This document shows, one piece after another, positions 1-11,476 of a stretch of DNA of 64,000 nt; position 1 is the stretch's first letter, and each line of letters starts with the position of its first letter. Made by a program: the position numbers and the translations under genes. The DNA is taken from contig OU015570.1 of NCBI GenBank assembly GCA_907165135.1, forward strand, positions 1,488,001 to 1,552,000, in the 5' to 3' direction. Below the pieces are notes generated by a model, which ran no database searches, was not told where the DNA came from, and saw nothing but the letters and a program-made list of their open reading frames with translations. This stretch comes from Oikopleura dioica. Its lineage: Eukaryota > Animalia > Chordata.

Positions 1-2724
1 GGTTGTTCGATTGGCTCTTATTTTGAGCTTGTATATTTTCGAGACTGCTCGGTTTTTAGCGTCGAAGCCGTTGCAGCATCTGACCATGGTTTCCGCCACC
101 CTAGGGTGTGCCCAACACGGGGTAAATGCAGATTCGTAGTCCCAATCGCAGGCCATTTGGAAGATTTCCCAGAGTCCCGAGATTCTTGGGTTTTTGTCCC
201 CTTGGAGTGTTCGATGAAGACTCTTCGTCGGGCCCTGGGTGACGAATTTAACGTAAGGTGCCGACCAGGTGACGAGAGCTTCTCTGAGTTTCTTGGCGTC
301 TTTTTGTGAAGGGAGAATCAGCACCGTGTTTTTCTGGCATGTGAGTTCGCTGATAATTTTCGCCACTTCCATCCATTTGTCTCCAGATTTTTTGGAGATA
401 GAATCCGCCAGTCTCGGGAGATGTTGATTCTTTCTGGCTGAGGTGTTTCCAACTACGAAAGCGTCGAATTTTCCTCCGCATCTTTCTAGCCCTGCGTGGT
501 AGATGACTATTCCAGCTGCTCCCGGATTCTCGAATCGTGGCCTTTTTAAGACTCTTCCGAACTTCCGGAGACTTTCGCTGAGGTTCGCTGCTGTGTCGTT
601 TTCTCCTTGAAAAAGGATTGCCGTGGATTTCCAAGCGTTTACGATAGAGTCGAATCCTTCGACTTCGCTGCTCTGGATTCTTTGGATGAGGTCTTCGTCA
701 GCGTCCTTAAGCATAGTTGTTTTGAAAGATTCGGAGAGTTTGTAGAAGGTTTCTTGCCATTCCTCGCTGTTGATGGACATTTTTGTGCCCTGGGGGAGTC
801 CTTTCTGTATGAAGCCGTTTGCGACTCGGCATTTCTCTGAGCAGTCTGGTTGGCGAGATTCTTTGAGTTCTTGGAATCCTTGATGTGTTTTACACCAAGT
901 CGTGCTCGCCTCCGCTTCCCCACACATTGGCCATTCGCACGATCTTTCTCTTTTTTCTGGTTGTTCTCGAAGGAATCTGAGTCTCGTGACTCCCGTGACT
1001 TCTTCTCTTTTCTGCATCCAGGTGTCGATGAAGTTGTCCAGAGTCTTGTTTGGGCTGAATCTTTTGCCATTTGCCCAGTTCCAGCCAGTTGATAAGATTC
1101 CGAGATTATGCTCGAGTGAGCGCAAGTGAGAATGGGCTTTTGTGTCTCTTACAACCTTGGCGATGATTTCCAGGATGATCTTCTGAGTTCGAAAGGGGCG
1201 GTTGACTCCGACTAAGCAGGCTCCTGAGGCGTAGAAGTTTCTCGTTGGCTTCTGGAACGCCGAGATGCATTCTTTGACGTTTTGAGTGGTCCAAGGTTTG
1301 GAGGCTAGCTTCTCAAGCGCTTCTGATTCTAACGTCGTGAGCGCTGGGTGGGCTGCAAGGGAGAGGAGGGATTTCACTTTGATATGATCAGAGTCCTCGC
1401 CGTAGTTGAAAACCCATATTTGAGGTACGACTTTGTAAGGAATCCACAGGATCCAGTGGGAATCCCCTTTTCCAACTTCTTTGACTCTAACCGTGGTATT
1501 AATCGGGTACACCTTTTTCGCCGCTGACTCCAGCCACTTTTTGAGGGACCGGGAATCTTTGAGTTCGCTCCAGTCCACGTGCCATTGGGTGGGCATTTCC
1601 TTGCAGCTTCCGTCTTGGCCAATGACTGAGTCTTGGATGAGCTGTTTTTGCACCAAGTGAAGCAGCAGTGGTGAGAGAATCTTTGTTAAGGGAGTCGGAT
1701 TCGGAATGGGTGAGTCTTCCGGCGCATATTCGCCGATTATGTCGATGATCCATGCGTTCACATTCGCCGGTTTTTTGTTTGCCCATTGGGTGTCCTCGTT
1801 TGCTTTGAGTTCCAGCCAGGCATTTTTCTGATGGCAGATCTCATGCCAGTCGCTGTGGAGAGACTTCAGCATCTTGAGCGAGTCCAGTAGTTCTTCTGGC
1901 GTGATAAAAGCGTCTGACCTTGGCATTGCGTCGAAGATCGTTTCAAGACCTTTCTTTATGAGTCTTCGGAGCCAATTGTCGTCCGTGAAGCTTGGGCGTT
2001 CGTAATTCGCCTGGGTCTTGATTTTGCTCTCACCGATTACTCGGAGGCAAACGAAATGCCAGAATCCCTCGTTCAGGATATCATGATTTTCCAGGTATTC
2101 CCACTCGCGGAACCAGTCTTGGCTCTTGATTTTCGCCCATTTGTTGAGCTCCTCCGAGATGTTGTTCGGAAAGAGTCTGCTTTTCTCCTTCGCGCTTTGG
2201 GGTTCCGAGTTACGCTGAGAGTCTAGCCTTCTAGCCACGATTTTTATTGGGCCTTTTCCTATTTTCAGGGCTTCGAGAAGACTGGAGATGGTTTCGCATT
2301 CGTCCAGTTTGACGCTTGGGTCCTTAGTCGTGCCCGCTGAGTCTGCTTTTAGAAGCTTCGTGGGGCTCTCCATTGGCTTAAATGGATATGGCTTTGATTC
2401 GAGTTGCCAAGAATCCGCGAGGTCGTTTTCTGCTTCTGCAATTTCGTCTGCGATGATGGAGAGTATGAAACCAGGCTCGTTGCTCCTGTGAGCGACCCAG
2501 AGTAACTCTTTTCCTGATGGCGCCGTGAAAATGATCTGGGCCCACGAGGAGAGCTCTGCAAAATTGAATCTCGCTTTTGAGGGAGTCTGCAGATCGAACA
2601 TCAGCCTGTGATTCGAGAGAGGCTCGTTTGCATCCGAAGGGACATAAAGTCTGACAAGTCTCGTGGCAATCTTATGCTCCGCCATTGCAGTGCGGGAAAT
2701 TCTTCTCCAGTTTATCTGACTCAT
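1..2724 (-). CDS. Large intronless ORF of unknown function, 3' end beyond window edge (>=908 aa)
   Basis: Manual triplet scan: no in-frame stop from ATG at 2724 (MSQINWRRISRTAMAEHKIATRLVRLYVPSD...) to position 1; upstream stop at 2752-2754. Not in the ORF track, presumably because it has no stop inside the window. No domain recognised with confidence. Confidence 0.75.
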   Translation of the reverse strand, partial: MSQINWRRISRTAMAEHKIATRLVRLYVPSDANEPLSNHRLMFDLQTPSKARFNFAELSSWAQIIFTAPSGKELLWVAHRSNEPGFILSIIADEIAEAENDLADSWQLESKPYPFKPMESPTKLLKADSAGTTKDPSVKLDECETISSLLEALKIGKGPIKIVARRLDSQRNSEPQSAKEKSRLFPNNISEELNKWAKIKSQDWFREWEYLENHDILNEGFWHFVCLRVIGESKIKTQANYERPSFTDDNWLRRLIKKGLETIFDAMPRSDAFITPEELLDSLKMLKSLHSDWHEICHQKNAWLELKANEDTQWANKKPANVNAWIIDIIGEYAPEDSPIPNPTPLTKILSPLLLHLVQKQLIQDSVIGQDGSCKEMPTQWHVDWSELKDSRSLKKWLESAAKKVYPINTTVRVKEVGKGDSHWILWIPYKVVPQIWVFNYGEDSDHIKVKSLLSLAAHPALTTLESEALEKLASKPWTTQNVKECISAFQKPTRNFYASGACLVGVNRPFRTQKIILEIIAKVVRDTKAHSHLRSLEHNLGILSTGWNWANGKRFSPNKTLDNFIDTWMQKREEVTGVTRLRFLREQPEKRERSCEWPMCGEAEASTTWCKTHQGFQELKESRQPDCSEKCRVANGFIQKGLPQGTKMSINSEEWQETFYKLSESFKTTMLKDADEDLIQRIQSSEVEGFDSIVNAWKSTAILFQGENDTAANLSESLRKFGRVLKRPRFENPGAAGIVIYHAGLERCGGKFDAFVVGNTSARKNQHLPRLADSISKKSGDKWMEVAKIISELTCQKNTVLILPSQKDAKKLREALVTWSAPYVKFVTQGPTKSLHRTLQGDKNPRISGLWEIFQMACDWDYESAFTPCWAHPRVAETMVRCCNGFDAKNRAVSKIYKLKIRANRTT

Positions 2725-4097
2725 TAAGAGCAGAGTGTTTCTTGAAATGGATCAAAACCTTATCCAAAATTGGAAGGTATTTGGGGTAGCCCGCTCCTAG
2801 AAAAGATTCTGAGGAGAAGAGATCCTTTCCTGGAGATTTCCTCGTTGAGGGTTTGGAGTCTTCTTTGGGAGTTCTCGATTGGGCGTGTTGGATCCGAGTC
2901 CAAAGCCACTCCCCATTTGGGGCCGAATTCCAAAGCTGCCTTGACGAAGGCCTCCTCGATCATGTCTAAATGAGAGGGTCAGCAAGTCTAGGGCTTTGAG
3001 GAAAAGAAACAGGAATTCCGAATTTCTAAGAAGAAGGTTTCTCTGAATCAAGAAGCCTGAAGCTGATTGGCTCGGCTCGGCGCGCCGCTGCGGCCGCTTC
3101 TGAGTAAGAATCCCAGAGCCTTCGAGGCGTAATTTGCCTGAGGCTGAATGATTTTATAGTCCGTGGACTTAGAGGTGAAATAAGCAGGTAGCATCGATTG
3201 ACGGTCTACCTAGAGTCTTTTTGATTCAGCTAGGAGTCTTATTGGTAATGCTTCTGCTGAGAAAAAGGCTCTATTTAAAATTCCTCTTTTTAGGTTTTAG
3301 CTGCAGGCTAAGAACCTTTTGAATGAACCTGCGTGATTTCGGGGCACCCGCTCGAAACCAGGTGCTCTCGGGCGCCTTTGACACCTTCCGCTGCTTCCTG
3401 GGAGTCCCTGCCTCTGGTTACTAGGCTTCCTGCCGCGTTCTATTTCTAGCGGGCTGCTAATCCCCTGTCCTAGATTCCTCTGAGAGTCAGTCAAAATAAA
3501 ATTGTTGTGATTCTAACAAAAATGCATCTCAAAAACAAGAATATCTCAGTATCTTCGCCTGTTATTTAGTTTCGTCATGAATCGATCCCATAGCCTAAAA
3601 ACGGCCGTCATAGACAACAGCATGATACGCTCTTGGTTTTTCGTTTATAAACTCTGGATTTATTGTTATAATTGACCAAAACTCTTCCTGGAAATCTAGA
3701 ATATATCATCATCTTCAAGTCAGTACAGACGGAACTGCACTTAAGAATCACGGTTTCTGAGAAACATTCTTTTATTGGCACCTATATACCTATATGTGAA
3801 AGCAAGCATTTACCCGGGGTCTCAACCATGTCTCTAACCCCTGTAGACATCTTTTTCCATCGACCAATCACAAGCTTGGAGGGCCTTAGTGGCGGCTTTA
3901 GCCCGGATTTGAGTCTGCTTTCACCGGTATTTTGATAGAAGATTTGATGCTCTTTCAGAAAATAAATAATGTTGCAAAAAGCTTGCTGTGGAGGGGTCAT
4001 GTGACCAAAAAACTAAAAATGGCCGATTTTTTGACACTTTCGGGCCGATTTTCACCCAATTATCATCGAGATGAGATGTTCACGTTATGGGACTTAA

Positions 4098-4544
4098 CCC
4101 GATAACGCGAGTTTGAAATTATACGATAACGAGAGCGGGAGCAGTTAGTGCACCCGGGCCATCTAGAACAATTTTAAGCAAAAAGAGGGCAAAACTGCTT
4201 GATTTCTTGGTCTGTAAGACGGCGCTTTCGTCGGAATTTTGAAAAATGCTCTGTCTAGAACTCTTGAGAACTCAATTTTGTGAGTAAAAACGCGAAAAGA
4301 ACGCGCGCTCTGTTGATGAATGTTATGTAACATTGAGTTCTCGAGACGATTTTTCAAAAATTTGACCCTATTTTGTAAAAAAGGGATTAAATAAAAAGTA
4401 TGAAAGTTTCTTAAAGTCAAACTTAGTGGGGAATAGGTGTGAGAATCTAAGTTTTTAAAATTTGGATTATCTTCAAAATTGAAGAAAATCACAATGCAAC
4501 AACTCTCTCTGGGAGCACTTAGTGCTCCCGCTCTCGTTATCGGG
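4098..4544. mobile_element. piggyBac-type MITE (TTAA TSD, CCC...GGG ends)
   Basis: TTAA|CCCGATAACG...CGTTATCGGG|TTAA; shares internal GTGCACCCGG-CCATCTAGAACA motif with the 61119-61539 element. Confidence 0.75.
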
Positions 4545-5572
4545 TTAATGTTCGTTATAGTCATTTAATAAATAATTAATGATCAAAACACGTGATATCC
4601 CGTGTTTTTCGACCCGATCTTTTAGGCGTGGAGCCTTACTATAACCAGGGCTGCACAATTTGCTAAAAATTTGGACTTTTCCAACCAACTGCCAATCCAA
4701 TCCAACCCAAACGTGGCAAATCCAACCAAATGCCAATGCCAATATAAATTGTAATTTGACGGTCAAATTGGCCATTGGAATCTAGCTTCCAATTGGCACG
4801 AGTTTTCCAATTGGACTTCAAATTTACAATTTGACTGACAATTTTAATTAGAAATGGGATTTTTATTGGAAAGTTCAGTTTTTATTCTGAGTTAAAAAAT
4901 ATTTTCCTTTCAAATAAACAAACGAGAGAGTTTGTAAGGGGTTTTACTGTTTATTTGGTATTTTCCATGAGCGAGTGAACACTTATCCAAAAAATGATGA
5001 ACTACAAGGAAAGATTGGCTGTGTTCTGGTTGATCTGAGCCATTCTTTCTTTCTACCTTTGCACGTGGTTTCTCGGTTATGATCTCCGGGGATCTTTTAG
5101 TCTCACACCAGATAGATTTCTCGATGACAGTTTGGCACCGCATCATTGATGATGCGGCATCAAGTGATCCATGTTCTCGATGATCGAGTTGCAGAAAAAT
5201 GCGTTCAACGTAGGCGACAGATCCAGGTTAATTGTCGCATGTTTTGTAGGAACAGCAATCGTCAATGAAAGTTCTTACTGTGTTCCATTTCCGATATCCG
5301 TCTTACGTTCCAGCTGGCTTGAGTCTCGACCTTCGTCTTTTTAATCATAAGTAGGGTTATTCCACAAAAGATAAGACTTCTAAAATATTGATTTTTGAAT
5401 GATTTGATCAATATAAAACTTTTAGATCCTAAGTAAATGAACATTTTGAGCATAATTTAAGTCTCATAAGAAAAAGGGTTCACGAGTTACAGGCGAAAAA
5501 TGCCTAAAAACTATGAAGAACAGGTAGAAGAAAAATTTAAATTCCACCACCGCAATTGTCGGCCTAATTTAA

Positions 5573-6333
5573 GGGTAATGATATACATCGGCGCGGCGCT
5601 GCTCTCTCGATCCGCGCTCCGCCAGAACCTATTTCTCACGGAGCCGTAAAATCTGAACGGATAAAGATTTTCTCAAAATTCAAAAAGATTTTGAATAATC
5701 AAAGTCTTTTCTACTAACACAGCAAAATTGGTAATGATTGTCAAAGGGGAACTGGCTGAAAATTGCCAGTTTCCTTCAAATGACATTTTCTTCGATATTT
5801 CTCATCCAAAATTTTTGAAAATTACACTGTCTTGTAGAGAATCGTCAGCTCTACAAGTCCTGTTTTTCAGATTTTCGTTTTAAGATCTTCGGATTTTAAT
5901 ATGCACCCTTGAAGTCAGCGCTGTGAGGTCATTGCGTGAGAAATAGAGAGCGGAGAGGCGCGAGAAGAAGTAGCCCTCTTTACAAATTGCGATGTGAAAT
6001 AATAAAAGCTTTAAACAAAAATCTGAAAAACAGGATTTGTAGAGCTGACGATTCTCTACAAGACAGTGTAATTTTCAAAAATTGTGGATGAGAAATATCG
6101 AAGAAAATGTCATTTGAAGGAAACTGGGAATTTTCAGCCAGTTCCTCTTTGACAATCATTACCAATTTCGCTGTGTTAGTAGAAAAGACTTTGATTATTC
6201 AGAATCTTTTTGAATTTTGAAAAATCTGTATCCGTTCAGATTTTACGGCTCCGTGAGAAATAGGTTCTGGCGGAGCGCGGATCGAGAGAGCAGCGCCGCG
6301 CCGATGTATACGGTATACAGTATACCATTACCC
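5573..6333. mobile_element. Foldback MITE with TTAA TSD and GG...CC ends (Kolobok-like)
   Basis: TTAA|GGGTAAT...ATTACCC|TTAA; roughly 310-bp inverted arms around a short spacer; same family as 40463-41222. Superfamily assignment rests only on TSD and termini. Confidence 0.8.
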
Positions 6334-6945
6334 TTAAGCTAGACTCCATATATTTTTTGTAGGGCGAAGTTTTTGTCTGTAATCCCATAAAAAGGCTTGA
6401 AAAGTGCAGAAAATGAGCGGCGCGACGCTCGTTTAGCGCGCGATGCGTCACCTTCCTTATTTGGAAATCCTAGGGTGGCCGCCGCGAAAAGATTAGAAAA
6501 AGGAAATTCTATTTGTATGAAATCCCTGTTCCTTGATTTTTAATTTAAAGGGCTTGGCAATGGCTGGGAGCTCTGAGGTGATCACTCTCATTTCTGTCCC
6601 AAACCCCTCCCACACCCATTGTTTGAAAAATTCTTATTAACTCAGAGTCATTGGGCGCGAGCCTGGCCCTGTGCGTTGGCAACCGCGTGGCCTTTTAAAA
6701 CGCCACGTAGTTTTTCTCGATTTTGAAGCATTTCTTAATTGATTTCTCTTACTTAAAAAACTGATTGATAGAAATTCGTTTGGGCTATCCATTGATACTA
6801 ATTTTATCTTTTATCGCCGTCGGAAATAACTGTTAATAGCCACTGAAGATTGACCAAAAACAGGAATGCGCCGCGCGCTCCCCTCAGTTTTCCCTCTTTG
6901 AAGAGAGAAGCGCGTGAGTAACGCCTATTTTGGCCGAGTCAGACC

Positions 6946-7090
6946 AGGGGTCTGGATTCGCTTTGCGAATTCGCTCATGAGCGAAGCGAAGCGAATTCAC
7001 TTCGCTTCGCTTTCGCTTTTGTAATTTCAATTCGCTTCGCTTCGCTGTCGCTTTTTACCAAAAATTTTCGCGAAAATTTCGCTCAAAAGA
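6946..7090. repeat. End of a CAGGGGTCTGGATT / TTCGC-rich repeat family (hAT-like MITE end)
   Basis: CAGGGGTCTGGATTCGC followed by TTCGC/GCGAA arrays; inverted homologue at about 26480-26568. Confidence 0.5.
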
Positions 7091-7253
7091 ATTCTTTCCA
7101 GGAGTTGAAAATTTCGCCTTTTTTGCTTAGCTTTAGCTCAATCTCAAGTGGAAATTTTGCTGAATGAGCTAAGCTGGCACATGCAAAAGCTGAAGAAATT
7201 TTACTGTTTTCAAAGTAGCTAATATTGGGTTAAACCTGAAAATATCAACAAGG

Positions 7254-7297
7254 GCAACAAGGGCAGCAAGGGTAACAAGGGCAACAAGGGCAACAAG
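7254..7297. repeat. 9-bp tandem repeat (AAGGGCAAC)n, about 5 copies
   Basis: Read directly from sequence. Confidence 0.8.
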
Positions 7298-8597
7298 TTC
7301 GGTAACCCTAACTAACCCTAGCCTATCCCCCTCGGGTGAGGTTGTTCCGTCATTTTCGCAGGTGCGCCCTAACCCTAACCTTTATTTTAGCGAAAACTAC
7401 GATTTAAATGTTTTTATCGAGAAAGGACTATTTGGGGAGCTTCAACTTTTTCTTTGACTTTCTTTAATCGAGGATTTTCAGAAGATTATCTTGAGAGCAA
7501 GGTCGAATCGACAAAAATTGTACACTTCGGGTAAGGGGGATTTTTATGCGGCTTCGCGTTTAGATAAACTTACCAACAAGAATTGCATCTTGAAAGACGC
7601 CCAGCTCTTAGATTAAATTCTTGTTGTAAAGAATAATCAATTTGGAATCTCTGTCAGGAAACATAATCTGTCTGTCGAAGCAAGAGAGATCTTTTATGGA
7701 TAGACATTCATCTTGATTATTAAACTATCATTTATATGTGATGATTTTTTTATTCCAAAATGTTTTTCGGTAAAAGAAAGAAAGAAAAAATTTTGTTGAA
7801 GTTGAAGAAGATTTGTTTCCATTCTGGACACCCTTGGACCGCCTGGGTCATTGAGGGGCGCGCTGCTTGAAAATGCCTCAAAATTTTCGAAAAAATGCTG
7901 ATTTCGTAAATATGGCTTCCTCCTACAAAAAAATTTCTTCGAATTTGAGTAGAGAATATAAAAAAACATATTATGACTTTTTTTAAATTTTAAAAAAGGA
8001 TGTTCTTGGGTGATTTTGCATTTTCGCCCAATTTCGGACCTCATTATTTCTCAACCCTTTCATAGATAATGGAATAGGAATAACTAGGGGTTAAATGGTG
8101 AAAAAATGAGCAAAATTCAAAATTTAAAAAACCATTCGAAATCGATGTATATGTATAAAACAAATCACAAGGAAGATTTTATTCTATTATTGGAAATTCA
8201 TACAACGTTGTTTTCCACAATAAATCTTAATTTTCTCTTGTTGATTACAATTTTTTCTCGATAACTTTTTATTTTAATCTCCTTTAAGTCTAAATCAAAA
8301 ATAATCTGAATCAACAGAAAAAATGCTTTCAGAATCTTATTCAACCTCTTTGTGCACTTTTGTGCAAAAAATTCAAGAGCAAATTATTTGTCACAACTCC
8401 GGAAGTCGGACTAGTAGGAGTGTTCGAATCCCGACGATGACACTATTTTTTCATACCGTTTTTCCTCGTTCTATGCCTAATTATGTTCAGGTGACTAGCC
8501 CTAAGTCATAATTATTCCTCCGGAGGACTATGATCCTTGAAAACTATTGCTGGAAGACTGGGAATTCAATTCCCTTTATTCGAAAAAATAGAAAAGG

Positions 8598-8756
8598 CCC
8601 GTACCTGGCTTTTAAATTGAAATGGGCTTGACGGCCCTTTGGTCGGTCTTAGCCCCGTACCTGGCTTTTAAATTGAAATGGGCTTGACGGCCCTTCGGGC
8701 CGTCTCAGCCCCGCACCTGGCTTTTAAATTGAAATGGACTTGAATTACGGCTAAAA
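8598..8756. repeat. 56-bp tandem unit of a dispersed repeat family
   Basis: CCCGTACCTGGCTTTTAAATTGAAATGGGCTTGACGGCCC starts at 8598, 8654 and 8710; also present at about 24744-24830 and, as single units, at about 38873-38910 and 55835-55866 (inverted). Confidence 0.75.
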
Positions 8757-9162
8757 TTTGAAGAAAAGTTTGAGATGATCAGTCTCATTTCTTTTCCAAA
8801 CCCCACCTATACCCGTTTTTCAATTTATTTCAGTTTGTCCTCCCCGATTTAAAATGATGGTTTTTGAAATTTCTATTATTTTATCTTTTTACATAAAGTT
8901 TTCTTCTTTCTTAAAAATATTCTTCCATCAGATGAGGTCTTCCGGCGTCCTTAGAGGGTCCACGTGATTAAATTATCAGATTTTTGAATGTCCACGCTTC
9001 GGTTAATCACCATACCGAAGAATTCCCTGGAAGAGATTATTTTTCATTTAATTTGCTTAAATTCTTCCATCATCTTGGTCCTCCGGGGTCCTCCAAGATG
9101 TCACATGATAAATATTTTGGAAAAATTATATGATCAGTGATTATCAGTAATCTACATTATGC

Positions 9163-9600
9163 ATAGGTCGGGTTTGGTCGGGTTGATTTGAGTTCCGACC
9201 AACTCAGCCTGAGATTTTTTTTCTTAATTTGGTCAGTGGTCGGATTTGGTCGGACAATGATCGGTTTTTGGTCGGTTTTGGTCGGTCGGTGAATGTTTTT
9301 TGGTCGGGTTGGTCGGTTATTGGTCGAAAACCTACGCATTTTCCCCTGTGAGAAAATTAACCATTCTGAAACTTTTACTGATGAATAAGAGGTTCTAATT
9401 CAGAGCCTCTGATCATTCAGAAAAATCATTTTTTATTGTCTTAAAAGCGACCCGAGTCGACCAAAAACCGACCACCGACCGACCTAAAACCGACCAAAAA
9501 ATATGGCGACCCGACCCACCAAAGCGACCACGGATTTTCCCCAATTTCTGCGAGACCGACCAACCCGACCTGGGAAAATGGTGGTCGGTGCCGAATCTAG
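9163..9600. repeat. GGTCG/CGACC-rich quasi-inverted repeat (probable MITE)
   Basis: Left half rich in GGTCGG, right half rich in CCGACC; related sequence at about 28660-28790. No TSD found. Confidence 0.4.
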
Positions 9601-11091
9601 CTTTGATGACCTTAAGTCACATGTCAAAATGATCAGTGGATCATGTGAGATCGAAATTTTCCCCGAGCTGAACAACTCACTCTCATAACTCAATAAAACA
9701 ATAGAACCGGCCAAGTAGAGTCCCCTTCCTGCAGGAAACCAAGAGAACAACTACGAGAGAAAGTTCAGATCTCTCATCTGGTGACCTCGCTACGAATTCG
9801 CGCCCCAGCAGAGAGCCAGATAAGGAAAGGGTTTTATGTTTCATGTCAGATGCTTCAACAATTATAAACAAAGCGTTACACAATACGAGTAAAGTATCAG
9901 CTGCCATAAGACAGAGTCTTCTTTTTCTTCCATTGGTACACGAAGACGAAGAAACACAGACAAATTACAGGCAGACAAATCAAATACCTACGAACGCTGA
10001 AATTGTTGAACGCCTGAAAGAACTGAATCTTGAATACATTGTTTTTATCTTTTCTACATATCGCGGACGATTCTCACTGATCCCGATCGAACTTCGAGAA
10101 ACTCCAGTCTACAGGAATCAAGTCAAAGCTTTTTCATCACTACTTCACGATTTTAAAACGAACGAAAGTCTCAGAAGAAGAACATCGCTATAAGACATTG
10201 AAGAGCTCCTACAACTTACGGACGAAGGATTACCCGGATTCGTTATTTACGCAATAAGAACAATAATCCACACGGTTACCATTAATAAACCAATCGTAAA
10301 CAGTGGATTAGAAATTGCAGTTCAAATGGAGCGAGAAAATGCCAGCGAAGGTTCTAATAATGAAACAATTTTTGAAGATGCTGTAGACGATGGTCCAGAT
10401 CAAATTGATTCTTCTTTCATCGGAAAATCCCTTTGACGATCTTTACCGACTTGCGAATGGAAAATCGAGAAACAGGGACTATTACAGGTAATTAAGGGCT
10501 TTAATTGGCCAAAAGTAGCAGTTTTAGCAAAAACTTTCACCAAAAGGGCTTTACTCAGCCTAGGTTTTCCCAAAAGGGCTGTTCTTAGAACAGAAAAAGA
10601 AGAGGCTTTAAACAGCCAAATATCAGTTTTCACCCAATTTTTAGGAAGCAAGACGTTCATGTGAATGCTCCAAGAAGCCCGACCATTTGCAAGGCCGTTG
10701 ACGATGCTGCCAGGGCCTCAGTCAAGAAAATCGAGTACAAGATTGACAAAGATCTCAACCATTACAAGTCGCTGACAGTTCGTGGCCACTATGTCTGCGT
10801 CAACAGATTTGCTGAGTCGGTTTTTGGAATCTTCAAGAAAGCTGAACAAGACAAGGCATCAGCCACAACTGAAACAGTGATTCAGCTCACGATCGCACGA
10901 AAAAAGAACCTCGAATTCTACTTGGATAACTTGTCCGACTCCAAGATCAAATCACTCTGCCAGAAAATTGATGGAAAGAAAGCCCTTCAAAACTACCGTT
11001 TGGCAAGAATCGCAACTCAGCTCAAGCTACAAGAATTCGCCGCGAAGCGCCGAGAATCGATTGCAAAGGAGAAAGCTGAAAAACAACTGAA

Positions 11092-11299
11092 TGTTGTAAC
11101 CTGCTGAATAGATGTGGAAGTCAAATGATGAGTCTCTATTGTTGTTTTATAAAAGTTGATTTTATTTTCAGATTGTGTTTTGAGAAACAGAGTGTTAGTT
11201 GGACTGAGGTCCTAATCAGAGAGAGCTCTGATCAGAATTCAAGTGATAAAAATAAAGTCGGCTCCCGAAGAGCGCCACACCCAAGGGTCGGCTACTACA
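11092..11299 (-). repeat. 3' LTR
   Basis: TGTTGTAACC...GGCTACTACA, identical by eye to 22775-22982. Confidence 0.97.
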
Positions 11300-11476
11300 C
11301 TCGGGGCTCCGGGGGAGAAAATGTGCACAGGTTCACAAAGTCGTATATTGTAAGTACAGTCAGATACAGTAATAAGAGAAAAAGGTTAGTATACAGAGAG
11401 AGAAAAAAAAAAATGAATAGGGTCTTAAATCAAAAAGGGTCATTCATCTGAGTTCATGTTGTGCATTTTTGTTCCT

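Noticed and set aside
106-2561. Many short ORFs in the track
   Set aside because: They are alternative-frame or antisense shadows of the long minus-strand ORF.
7300-7382. Telomere-like (AACCCT)n
   Set aside because: Only 2-3 scattered units; not an array.
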